Shown here: piece after piece, positions 28,189-37,111 of the stretch
Layout: every line of letters starts with the position of its first letter
How positions within the stretch are numbered: the first letter of the stretch is position 1
Source: Elusimicrobiota bacterium
Lineage (GTDB): Bacteria > Elusimicrobiota > Elusimicrobia > UBA1565 > UBA9628
NCBI GenBank assembly: GCA_027406905.1
Contig: DAHZHT010000005.1
Coordinates: forward strand, 50,080 to 114,079
Direction of reading: 5' to 3'
Length of the DNA: 64,000 nucleotides
Made by a program: the position numbers and the translations under genes
Notes under the pieces: model-generated
What the model was told of the DNA's origin: nothing
Seen by the model: the letters and a program-made list of their open reading frames with translations, nothing else
The model's database searches: none

Positions 28189-29265
28189 TTAGCTTCCACC
28201 GAGCGAAGACAATTCCCGGGAGGCTTCTTTTCGGTTTTCCGAATCCGGGTCGTTTTTGACCACCCACTGAAGAAAACCCCGATACTGCGCCGGATCCATC
28301 AACTCTTTAAGTTCAAGCCTGGCATTGGTGCGCCGGATAGGATCGGGATTGGTCTTGGCATAATGGACCAAGATGGGGATGACTTGGTGACTGCGAGAAG
28401 CGAAAAGGGCCGTTTCAATCATCATTCGCTCATCTTCATCGCCAAGGGCTTGATATTTTTTAATTAAATCCTTAATCTGATCTTCACTGGCCGAAATTCC
28501 CACCTTGATGGCTAATTGATGGCGGAGATTATTAGGCAAGCGATTGTTTTCGACGATGGCGAGCATCTGATTATATGATTTCTCCATGACGGACATTGGA
28601 ATTTCCGTAGCTGCGGCTTCATCGGCCATCGCCCGCTTGGCCGCGCTGCCGCTTTTGGCCCAATCGACCAGAAGCGGAAGGGTTTTGGACCAAAAACGAG
28701 AAGCGAGAATGCGGGCGACAGAAGGCGCCTGTTCGGCTTTTTTGACTATGAGTTTAAAGGCTTTGTCGCCTTCCCATAAAGCCAACGCGTCCAAGGCCTC
28801 ATAATGAGCGTCCCACATCCGCTTATCCTTGAGAAGCGTCGCCTGTTCGGGGCCGGAAAATTTAAATTTAGATTCCGCGATTTTCTCGATGATGGGAAGA
28901 GCCCTCTGGGAACGCAATTGAAAGGCCCCCTCAATGGCGAACATCAATATTTGGGGATCCTTATGCGATAAATAACCCAAGAAAACCGAGGCGAGTTCGC
29001 GATTGGGACCCTTGAGAAGAGAAAGGGAACTCATCACCGCGGCCTGAGGCAACGGTTGCGGATAGCGCATATAAAGATCGAAATCATATTGAACGTCAAT
29101 GGGGGTTGCGGGAGCGGTCTGGGAAATCTGTTTGAGTATTTTTTCCTTTTCGCCCTTGTCAATCGACTGATAATAAGAGCGGCAAAGAGAAACAATAGGG
29201 GGATGGTCCGGAGAAAACTGCTGCGCCCATAAGCTGGAACTAAGCAAGAAAAGAATGGTCGTCAT
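28189..29265 (-). CDS. hypothetical secreted HEAT/ARM-like repeat protein
   Basis: Signal peptide and alpha-helical repeat composition. 4-nt overlap with nagZ. Confidence 0.4.
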   Translation of the reverse strand: MTTILFLLSSSLWAQQFSPDHPPIVSLCRSYYQSIDKGEKEKILKQISQTAPATPIDVQYDFDLYMRYPQPLPQAAVMSSLSLLKGPNRELASVFLGYLSHKDPQILMFAIEGAFQLRSQRALPIIEKIAESKFKFSGPEQATLLKDKRMWDAHYEALDALALWEGDKAFKLIVKKAEQAPSVARILASRFWSKTLPLLVDWAKSGSAAKRAMADEAAATEIPMSVMEKSYNQMLAIVENNRLPNNLRHQLAIKVGISASEDQIKDLIKKYQALGDEDERMMIETALFASRSHQVIPILVHYAKTNPDPIRRTNARLELKELMDPAQYRGFLQWVVKNDPDSENRKEASRELSSLGGS

Positions 29266-30704
29266 TTGAGAATCACCTTTAACGCGGCTTCTATTTGAGA
29301 CTTCCTGTCTCCCGCCATATCAATGACGGCGGATTTTGAGTCAATCAACTTCAAATCGGCGTCGCCTCTCATCAAAAAAACCGTGGTTTTATCTGCCGCC
29401 ACTTTGTTGAGAAGATCTAAAACAGCTTTCTGGCCGGGAAAGCGCCGCGCCTCAAAGCAGAAAAATAAAATTTCCTTGGCACAGCGAATCTGAGAAAGCA
29501 TAGAACCAAGATTTTTGTTTTGAACCGGAGTTTCAATCAATTGAACATTTCCCTGGTTTAAAAGTCGGGCTTTTAGCCAGCGCGCCGGACCCTCGGAGCC
29601 GCCTTCAAAGGTAAACAGCGATTTTACTTCTGAAAGTTTTGGAAACAATGCCAATATAGGGCCTTGTCTTTTTTCCAAAGGGAAATTTTTTTCCCCCGAA
29701 CTTAAAACGCGAACCGACTTTTGAGAAATCCAAGCCGCCAGGCGGTTTCCATGAAGAGAATCGGGGTTTTTGCGATTCTTTCTTTGAGTCAAAATAGAGT
29801 CAATTTTTTCTCTGAAAGGAAATTTTCTCACCGCCTCTTGTACCTGAGCATGAAGCCCAAAATCGGGGTGAGAGAGAATCAATAGATCATGCCCCGCTTG
29901 ACAGGCTTGGGTAGCCGCCTCAGCGGCGCTTAAACCGCTTTTTAAAACCGCTCCCATTGAAAGGTCATCTGAAATGACCAGGCCCTTAAATCCCAACTTT
30001 TTCTTTAAAAGCCCGGTCACGATTTTTTTTGAGAATGTGGCGAGTTTTGAGTCTAGAGCCGGATAATGGATATGCGAGGTCATCACGCAATGAACCCCCG
30101 CTTTAAACGCGGCTAAAAACGGCGGCAAATGACGCTTAAAAATAAGCGCGCGAGAATCAGCGATTTTAGGAATTGAGACATGAGGGTCTAAGCGCGCGTC
30201 TCCCATTCCGGGAAAATGTTTCGCGCAGGCCCAAACATGATGATCCTCAAGCCCGCGAATAAAATTCGCGCCATAGAGAGAAACCGTTTTCGGATCTTCT
30301 CCAAAGGAACGAATTCCAATCCCGGGGTTATCCGATGAACCGCTTAAATCCATGACCGGAGCGAAATTAATTGAGATGCCCACGCTTGAGAGTTCAAGAG
30401 CCATTTGGCGGCCCACCGCATAAGAGAGATCCGGGTTTCCCGTTCTCCCCAACGCTTGCGCGCTGGGAAAAGGGGTCACTCCTCTTGAAAAGCGCGTGAC
30501 ATTTCCCCCCTCATGATCGATAGCCCAAAGGAGCGGCTTTCCCAAGGATTGATTGATGTCTGAAATCAGAGTTTTTAATTGGCGCGGAGAGTCAATATTG
30601 CGGGCTAATAGTAAAATCCCCGCAGGGTTAATCGCTTTGAGATGGGAAACCAAGGCGCGGCTTACCTTCTTTCCCTCAATTCCTATAATCAAAGGGCTAT
30701 ACAT
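29262..30704 (-). CDS. nagZ: beta-N-acetylhexosaminidase (GH3, NagZ-like) with extra C-terminal domain
   Basis: GH3 N-domain with KHFPGMGDARLDPHVSIP and AGHDLLIL-type segments. Confidence 0.8.
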   Translation of the reverse strand: MYSPLIIGIEGKKVSRALVSHLKAINPAGILLLARNIDSPRQLKTLISDINQSLGKPLLWAIDHEGGNVTRFSRGVTPFPSAQALGRTGNPDLSYAVGRQMALELSSVGISINFAPVMDLSGSSDNPGIGIRSFGEDPKTVSLYGANFIRGLEDHHVWACAKHFPGMGDARLDPHVSIPKIADSRALIFKRHLPPFLAAFKAGVHCVMTSHIHYPALDSKLATFSKKIVTGLLKKKLGFKGLVISDDLSMGAVLKSGLSAAEAATQACQAGHDLLILSHPDFGLHAQVQEAVRKFPFREKIDSILTQRKNRKNPDSLHGNRLAAWISQKSVRVLSSGEKNFPLEKRQGPILALFPKLSEVKSLFTFEGGSEGPARWLKARLLNQGNVQLIETPVQNKNLGSMLSQIRCAKEILFFCFEARRFPGQKAVLDLLNKVAADKTTVFLMRGDADLKLIDSKSAVIDMAGDRKSQIEAALKVILK

Positions 30705-30749
30705 TTAAGAAATCCTAACATTTTGTAGAATGGGATTAAGGAGAATCTC

Positions 30750-31193
30750 ATGGATTCCGAAACTGGAAGCGCCTGCCGCTTGTCGGGAAGCTCGGACGAT
30801 TTAGAAACGATAAAAAAAATCCTGGCCTATAAGACGATCGCGGTCGTCGGCTGTTCTCCCAAGCCCGAGCGCCCCAGCCACTCCGTCGCCGCCTATCTAA
30901 AGGAAGAAGGCTATAAAATTATCCCGGTCAACCCGGGGCACAAGGAAATTCTCGGCGAAAAATGTTACCCGTCTCTTCTCGACATCCCCGGGCCGGTAGA
31001 CGTGGTCGACGTTTTCAGAAGATCGGAAGAGGTCTTGCCGGTCATTGAGGAAGCGATTTTGATTAAGGCCAAGGCTCTTTGGCTTCAAGACGGAATTTCC
31101 CATCCCGAAGGGGAAGCTCGCGCCAAAAAAGCCGGGATACTCGTGATTTCAAACGATTGCCTCGGCCGCCGGCGCTCTCAAATCAAGTCTTAA
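30750..31193 (+). CDS. CoA-binding domain protein (YccU-like)
   Basis: KTIAVVGCSPKPERPSHSVAAYL...YKIIPVNP. Confidence 0.75.
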   Translation: MDSETGSACRLSGSSDDLETIKKILAYKTIAVVGCSPKPERPSHSVAAYLKEEGYKIIPVNPGHKEILGEKCYPSLLDIPGPVDVVDVFRRSEEVLPVIEEAILIKAKALWLQDGISHPEGEARAKKAGILVISNDCLGRRRSQIKS

Positions 31194-31784
31194 TTATTTT
31201 TTCCGGGTTAAGCGCCAGCCCAGCGGGAGAAGCCCGGCGGAGAGAATGGATTTAAGAATATCACCGATCAAAAACGGGTAAAACCCTTTGGCAAGAAGGC
31301 TTCCCTTGGAAACGTATAAAGAAAGAACGACCAGGCCGAAGGCCAAAATCACGAAACTCCCCAATATCATTTGGAAGAAAGCGGTCAAAGGATCACGGTC
31401 CCAGCCGCGCTCGGATAACAGGCCCACCAAATAAGACGCCGGGATAAAGCCGATCAGATACCCTCCGGTCGCTCCAAAAAGAACATGCCAGCCGGAAGAG
31501 GCTCCGGCAAAAAACGGAAACCCCAAAATTCCTAAAACGAGATAGAGACCGACGCTCGCCAACGCCCGGCGCGGCCCCAAGAGCGCAGCGGCATAGAGAA
31601 CCCCAAATGTCGAACCGGTCAAGGGAACGGGAGTGAAAGGAAGCGGAATCGTAATTTGAGCGCACAGGGCGATCAAAAGGGAAGCCCCCAAAACCCAAAG
31701 GGCCGAAGGAACGCTCATTAGTTTTGGAGACAAGTTTTCCGAAAGAGAAAGACAGCGAGAGCCGGACACCATTGAGGAATTCAT
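31194..31784 (-). CDS. bioY: BioY-family biotin transporter S-component
   Basis: ITIPLPFTPVPLTGSTFGVLYAAALLGPRRALASVGLYLVLGILGFPFFAG. Confidence 0.8.
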   Translation of the reverse strand: MNSSMVSGSRCLSLSENLSPKLMSVPSALWVLGASLLIALCAQITIPLPFTPVPLTGSTFGVLYAAALLGPRRALASVGLYLVLGILGFPFFAGASSGWHVLFGATGGYLIGFIPASYLVGLLSERGWDRDPLTAFFQMILGSFVILAFGLVVLSLYVSKGSLLAKGFYPFLIGDILKSILSAGLLPLGWRLTRKK

Positions 31785-31817
31785 AGTTTCATTTTACCTT
31801 TTTCCGACTGAAAATAC

Positions 31818-31850
31818 AAAACCCGCCGAAAAAATTCAGCGGGTTTTGTT
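31818..31850 (-). terminator. rho-independent terminator downstream of cspA
   Basis: Stem ACCCGC / GCGGGT with a 12-nt loop. T-runs flank the stem on both strands. Confidence 0.6.
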
Positions 31851-31872
31851 TAAGAACGCCTAGTGAAGGCGC

Positions 31873-32076
31873 TTAGAGCTTTTTAACGTTGGTCGCTCTG
31901 GGACCTTTGTCCGACTGCTGGATTTCGAACTCAACCGATTGATTCTCGGCCAAGGTTTTGAATCCATCGCCTGTAATGGCGCTGTGATGGACAAACAAGT
32001 CCTTGGACCCGTCGTCCGGGGTGATGAACCCGAAGCCCTTCTGATCATTGAACCACTTCACTTTTCCTGTAGGCAT
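31873..32076 (-). CDS. cspA: cold-shock protein (CspA family)
   Basis: [34 protein letters not shown] contains the RNP1 and RNP2 motifs. Confidence 0.95.
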   Translation of the reverse strand: MPTGKVKWFNDQKGFGFITPDDGSKDLFVHHSAITGDGFKTLAENQSVEFEIQQSDKGPRATNVKKL

Positions 32077-32222
32077 TCCTGTTACTATCCTCTTTATGTT
32101 ACTGACAATGGCCGCGCAATTCGCGGCTGGCCTTTTTGGGGCCTGCTTTTATTATAGCACGAATTTTAGCGATTTCGACGAAAAAACTGTGTAGTAAAAA
32201 TATTGATGTGTTTTAGTCAAAT
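32077..32222 (-). promoter_or_regulatory. probable long 5' UTR and promoter region of cspA
   Basis: About 145 nt of noncoding sequence upstream of cspA. Long structured 5' UTRs are typical of csp genes. No motif was verified. Confidence 0.35.
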
Positions 32223-33725
32223 TTAGGACGCTTCCAAAATTTTTCTCTTGAGGATAACCCTCATTGATCTTCTGGTTTCATCAACGGCGATCTGGCCAAA
32301 TTTTTGTTTAAGCATTTCTAAAAAACCCGGGTCAGAATGGTATTTCATCCAGGCATAATCGCGGAAAGATAAAACCTCTTTTGCGCTCAGATGTTTTGTC
32401 GGCAATGGAAGGGTGTGATACGAATGTTGGGAAAAACCAGAGTAGCTCTTCGGCAGTTCCCAACCCGCTTTTTTAGCCATTCCATGCAGAGGGCTTCCCG
32501 GATAGGCCATCGCGGAATAAAAATTGGCCTCCTCCGTTCTCATTTCAAGCGCCAAATTCAACGTGGCTTGCATGCTTGACTGATCATCCTCCGGAAGGCC
32601 GAAAATATAGTTGGCGATGACGTTAATTCCGTGTTCTCTTATTTTTCTAACAACAGAGCGAATGTCAACGTCCTCAAATCGACCCTTGGTCACATCTTTG
32701 CGCACAAGAGAATTTGCGCTTTCAATTCCCAAGGCCAGCCAGTTGATTCCGGCCTTTTTCATCGTCTCAAGATAGCGATCCTTGACCGTATCCACTCTGG
32801 AATAACACCAAATATTAAAATTGTATCCTCGCTCAATAATAAGCTGGCACAGTTCTAAAAAATGATTCGGATTAAGAACAAAAAGCTCATCGGCAATTTT
32901 GATGTTCTTAATTCCTTGAGAGGCGAAATAATCGAAATCTCTGATAATATGTTTGGGATCCCAATAACGAAAAATAGCGCTCCCATCAGAAAATTCATTT
33001 TTTTGCCGATTGATGATATTGATCATGCAGAAAGAGCATTTCATTGGGCAGCCGAGACTTGTGTAAAGGGCCGCAAAAGGCTGCCTTTGAGATTGATTCG
33101 GATAAGAATGCCAGAGCGAAGTCCTATAATTTTTCATGGGAAGCAAATCCCAGGCGACTCCAGGCAAATCTTTTGGTAAATCTTCCTTGGCCACGATCGG
33201 AGAGGGAGAATTGAAAATGACTTTTCCGTTCTCTCTGTAACCGAGCCCAAGCACTTTGTCCAATCGATCGGAAAGATTTCCAGCTAAAAGGTTAGACAGG
33301 GTGTAAACTCCTTCGTTTTGACAAACAAAGTCTATGCTGGGATGCTTCCCCATCACTTCTTGAGGCAAGGCCGCGACATGTCCACCCACAAAAATAATTT
33401 TAATTTCCGGGAAATTCTTCTTAAGATGATCCGCCAGAGCCGTGGCTCCCTCCATATTCTGAGAACTCGCGGAAGGTTGCTGTCCATAAACCACGAAACA
33501 GGCAAGGCGGGGATTCAGATTTATAGTATGGGAAACGGCTTCATCATCCGTTAAGCGCAATGCTTCACAATCCAAGAGGTCAACGCGGTATCCTTTCATG
33601 CGACAGTGAGAGGCAAGCATTCCGGCCCAGATGGGCGGTTCAATCGCGGAGAAATCCTCGCTTAAATCCTGATAAACGCGATGTCCCGAATTGGAATGAA
33701 TAAAAAGAACATCAAGTTGATTCAT
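32223..33725 (-). CDS. cobalamin (B12)-binding radical SAM enzyme (class-B-like)
   Basis: N-terminal B12-binding Rossmann-like region. CxxxCxxC as CPMKCSFC. 500 aa. Confidence 0.75.
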   Translation of the reverse strand: MNQLDVLFIHSNSGHRVYQDLSEDFSAIEPPIWAGMLASHCRMKGYRVDLLDCEALRLTDDEAVSHTINLNPRLACFVVYGQQPSASSQNMEGATALADHLKKNFPEIKIIFVGGHVAALPQEVMGKHPSIDFVCQNEGVYTLSNLLAGNLSDRLDKVLGLGYRENGKVIFNSPSPIVAKEDLPKDLPGVAWDLLPMKNYRTSLWHSYPNQSQRQPFAALYTSLGCPMKCSFCMINIINRQKNEFSDGSAIFRYWDPKHIIRDFDYFASQGIKNIKIADELFVLNPNHFLELCQLIIERGYNFNIWCYSRVDTVKDRYLETMKKAGINWLALGIESANSLVRKDVTKGRFEDVDIRSVVRKIREHGINVIANYIFGLPEDDQSSMQATLNLALEMRTEEANFYSAMAYPGSPLHGMAKKAGWELPKSYSGFSQHSYHTLPLPTKHLSAKEVLSFRDYAWMKYHSDPGFLEMLKQKFGQIAVDETRRSMRVILKRKILEAS

Positions 33726-33830
33726 GAGCTTTCTGATTTTAGCATACCCTGAAGCCTGAAAATTGTGTTTATCCTTTAATGATATAATAGACTCTATGAA
33801 AGAAATATTTTCCTATCCGGCCTTGCCCTG

Positions 33831-34826
33831 ATGAAGGCTCCTTTTTATTCCTCTCTCTCTAGCGGCATGAGAGATTGGAAGCTCTACCGACTCATGCTTA
33901 AAATCAGGATGTCGGAGCAGAAAATTATTGATATTTATCCGAGCGATAAAATACAGAGCCCCATTCATCTTTCGATAGGACAAGAAGCCGTGGCTGCCGG
34001 TGTTTGTCTCGCCCTTAAATCCAGCGATCGAATTTATGGCACATACCGGGGACATGGAATTTACATTGCAAAGGGGGGAGATCTTGGGAAGATGTTCTCC
34101 GAGCTCTACGGAAAAGAAACCGGCTGTTCCAGAGGAAAAGGGGGATCCATGCATCTCTCCGCTCCGGAAGTCGGATTAGTCGGATGTTCAGCGATTGTTG
34201 GCAGTTTTATTCCCGTAGCCACGGGAGACGCTTTGGCCGCTCAAATGCGAAAAGATTCTCGCGTGGTCTGTTCGTTTTTTGGAGATGGAGCCGTTGATGA
34301 GGGCGTTTTTTTTGAAAGCGTTAATTTCGCCATTCTTAAAAATCTTCCCATTGTTTATGTTTGCGAGAACAATGGCTATGCGATCCACTCAAAAGTTTTG
34401 GATCGCCACAAACAGCCTTCCCTCGCCCGTCTCGTCTCTGGTCTCGGCTTGATTGGAAAACGCCATGATGGGAATGACGCTCCTGTCGTTTTTAAAACAA
34501 TGAGCCAAGCCATCACTCAAGCGCGTAAAGGCAAAGGCCCCGTTTTCCTGGAATATATGACCAATCGATGGCATGAACATGTCGGCCCCGGAACAGATTA
34601 TCAGGAGTCTTATCACTCCCCCAAAGACAAAGAAAATAATTCGCGCAATGACCCCATCAAAAAAATGGAAAAAATTTTGAAAAAACGGAAGGGATTTTCA
34701 CTCAGGGCGGATATTCTCAAGAAAGAAATTCAAAATGAGATAGACCAGGCCGTCAATTTCGCGGAGAAAAGCCCTTTCCCGTCCCTTCAGTCGCTTTATC
34801 ATGATCTTTATGCGGAGTCTCGATGA
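33831..34826 (+). CDS. thiamine-diphosphate-dependent dehydrogenase E1 alpha-like subunit
   Basis: ThDP-binding motif GDGAVDEGVFFESVNFA...CENNGYAI. Similar to pyruvate/acetoin dehydrogenase E1 alpha. Confidence 0.8.
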   Translation: MKAPFYSSLSSGMRDWKLYRLMLKIRMSEQKIIDIYPSDKIQSPIHLSIGQEAVAAGVCLALKSSDRIYGTYRGHGIYIAKGGDLGKMFSELYGKETGCSRGKGGSMHLSAPEVGLVGCSAIVGSFIPVATGDALAAQMRKDSRVVCSFFGDGAVDEGVFFESVNFAILKNLPIVYVCENNGYAIHSKVLDRHKQPSLARLVSGLGLIGKRHDGNDAPVVFKTMSQAITQARKGKGPVFLEYMTNRWHEHVGPGTDYQESYHSPKDKENNSRNDPIKKMEKILKKRKGFSLRADILKKEIQNEIDQAVNFAEKSPFPSLQSLYHDLYAESR

Positions 34827-35854
34827 AAAGGATGAATTACGGCCAAGCTATTCGTTCGGCGCTTCTCCATTCCATGGAACAAGATTCCTCTATTTTTATC
34901 ATGGGAATTGGAGTTGACGATCACAAGGCTGTTTTTGGAACAACGGCTGGATTGGTTGGGCGTTTTGGGAGAAATCGCGTTTTTGACACCCCCATTTCAG
35001 AATCTGGAATGACGGGCATCGCCATAGGAGCGGCCTTGGCGGGCATGAAGCCAATCCATATTCATATTCGCTCCGATTTCCTTTATCTTGCCATGGATCA
35101 GATCGCCAACATCGCCGCCAAGTGGTCTTCCATGTTTGGAGGCAACGCTTCCGTCCCGTTAGTCATTCGCTCCATCGTTGGACGAAGTTGGGGGCAAGGG
35201 GCGCAGCATTCTCAAAGCTTGCAATCGCTCTTTATGCATATTCCAGGCCTTAAGGTTCTCATGCCGACAACACCTTCCGAGGCGCAAGGCCTTCTTATCG
35301 CGGCGATCCAAGATCCTAACCCCGTACTAATTTTTGAGCATCGGCTTCTCTATGATATTATCGGAGATGTTCCCGATACGCCGACTGCGTTGCCGCTTGG
35401 CCGCGCGATAATTCGCCGAAAAGGAAGCGATATGACTCTTGTCGCCGGATCATATATGGCGGTAGAAAGCTTAAAGGCCGCAGAGTTTCTGTCCAAACAT
35501 GGCGTGGAGGCGGAAATTGTAGATCCAGTGTCTCTTGTCCCCCTGGATGAAAATAGAATTTTAGCATCCGTCGCAAAAACGGGGAGGGTCATCGTTATTG
35601 ATTCCAGCTGGACCACTTGCGGAATGAGCGCCGAGATCGCCGCCCTTATCGTTGAAAAAGGATTTCATTTCCTCAAAGCTCCGATACGCCGTCTTGGAAT
35701 GCAGCCCGTTGTCTGCCCCGTGAGCAAACCCCTGGAAGCAGCTTTCTATCCTAACGCAAAACTGATTGCCGCAGAGGCATTAACAATGCTGGGACGGGAT
35801 TTCCCAAAAACTCCCGCGCCTGAATTGCTCAACACGTTCAAAGGACCTTTTTAA
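34823..35854 (+). CDS. E1 beta-like (transketolase-type pyrimidine-binding and C-terminal domains) subunit
   Basis: Similar to 2-oxoacid dehydrogenase E1 beta. 4-nt overlap with the E1 alpha gene. Confidence 0.8.
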   Translation: MKRMNYGQAIRSALLHSMEQDSSIFIMGIGVDDHKAVFGTTAGLVGRFGRNRVFDTPISESGMTGIAIGAALAGMKPIHIHIRSDFLYLAMDQIANIAAKWSSMFGGNASVPLVIRSIVGRSWGQGAQHSQSLQSLFMHIPGLKVLMPTTPSEAQGLLIAAIQDPNPVLIFEHRLLYDIIGDVPDTPTALPLGRAIIRRKGSDMTLVAGSYMAVESLKAAEFLSKHGVEAEIVDPVSLVPLDENRILASVAKTGRVIVIDSSWTTCGMSAEIAALIVEKGFHFLKAPIRRLGMQPVVCPVSKPLEAAFYPNAKLIAAEALTMLGRDFPKTPAPELLNTFKGPF

Positions 35855-35855
35855 C

Positions 35856-37028
35856 ATGTTGCGCTATTACCTTGCTGAAGATACTATTAACCATTCCGAT
35901 GTTGACCGGCTTATCTCTTGGCTTAAAACCTATCCGCGCCTGACCAAGGGAGAAGTGACCCTTGATTTTGAGAACAAATGGGGACAATGGCTCGGGCGCG
36001 AATATTCCATCTTTTGCAATTCCGGCTCTTCCGCCAATCTTCTTATGTTTTACGCCCTTCTTCTCTCAAAGCGTTTAAAAAATAAAAAAATTATCGTCCC
36101 AAGCGTTGGCTGGGTCACTTCAGTGGCGCCAGCCATTCAATTCGGTTTTGAGCCCATTATGTGTGAGGCCGATCCTGAAACATTTGGCCTTGATCTTTCT
36201 CACCTGGAAATCCTGCTCAAACGTCATCGCCCCGGGGCGGTCATGCTTGTTCAGGTCTTGGGCGTTCCCCACAAAATGGACGAAATATTGAAACTTAAAA
36301 AGCGCTATGGGTTTCTTCTGCTTGAAGATGCCTGCGCCGCCGTTGGCGCTGAGTATCATGGAAACAAAGTGGGAACATTCGGAGATATGGCCAGTTTTTC
36401 CTACTATTTTGGGCACCAATTTTCCACGATTGAAGGGGGAATGGTTTCAACGAACGATAAGCACCTGGCAGACCTTTTGTTGATGTTGCGCAGTCACGGC
36501 TGGAGCAAGGATTTAGATGCGACAACTCATAAAAAATTAATTCGACAATATCGTGTTGATGATTTCCACAGTCCGTTTGTATTTTATGAGCCGGGGTTTA
36601 ATCTCCGATCAACCGATCTTAACGCCTATATTGGATTAGGCCAGATAGAAAAACTGTCCATGATCATAAAGGCTCGCCAAAAAAATCACTCTCAATATTT
36701 AAATCGCCTCGGTGATTATTTTTACACGCAAAAATGGGACAAAGAATCTCGCGTTTGCAGCATTTCATTTGGTCTTCTCGCAAAAAACAGAAGTGAGCGC
36801 GCGGCGGTTGTCTCGGCCCTTAACTCCCATGGAATTGAAACTAGAATTTTCTCCGCTGGAAACTTGGGCCTTCACCCTTTTTGGGTCAAGCGATACGGCA
36901 AGGCAAGTTTTCCTTTCGCCGATCGAATTCACCACACGGGATTTTTCCTTCCCAACAACCCCTCGCTTTCAGCCAAAAACATTGATTTTATATCGGATGT
37001 CGTTCTTGCCGCCGCTTTAAGAACATGA
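35856..37028 (+). CDS. DegT/ColD-family PLP enzyme, predicted nucleotide-sugar 3-dehydratase (catalytic Lys position replaced by His)
   Basis: Segment VGTFGDMASFSYYFGHQFSTIEGGMV...LRSHGWSKDLD resembles the ColD/E1 dehydratase subgroup of DegT proteins, where His replaces the Schiff-base Lys. Confidence 0.65.
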   Translation: MLRYYLAEDTINHSDVDRLISWLKTYPRLTKGEVTLDFENKWGQWLGREYSIFCNSGSSANLLMFYALLLSKRLKNKKIIVPSVGWVTSVAPAIQFGFEPIMCEADPETFGLDLSHLEILLKRHRPGAVMLVQVLGVPHKMDEILKLKKRYGFLLLEDACAAVGAEYHGNKVGTFGDMASFSYYFGHQFSTIEGGMVSTNDKHLADLLLMLRSHGWSKDLDATTHKKLIRQYRVDDFHSPFVFYEPGFNLRSTDLNAYIGLGQIEKLSMIIKARQKNHSQYLNRLGDYFYTQKWDKESRVCSISFGLLAKNRSERAAVVSALNSHGIETRIFSAGNLGLHPFWVKRYGKASFPFADRIHHTGFFLPNNPSLSAKNIDFISDVVLAAALRT

Positions 37029-37111
37029 AGAAAATTGCCCGCAAAACAAATCGCGTTCTCATTACTGGAATTGGGGACGGAATGACCAAGATGAGACGAA
37101 GGAAATCATAG
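37025..37111 (+). pseudogene. 28-codon stub of a Rossmann-fold (NAD(P)-binding) gene truncated by the IS remnant
   Basis: MKKIARKTNRVLITGIGDGMTKMRRRKS*. The ATG overlaps the stop of the ColD-like gene (ATGA). GxGxxG-like ITGIGDG is followed by immediate divergence and a stop. Confidence 0.5.
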
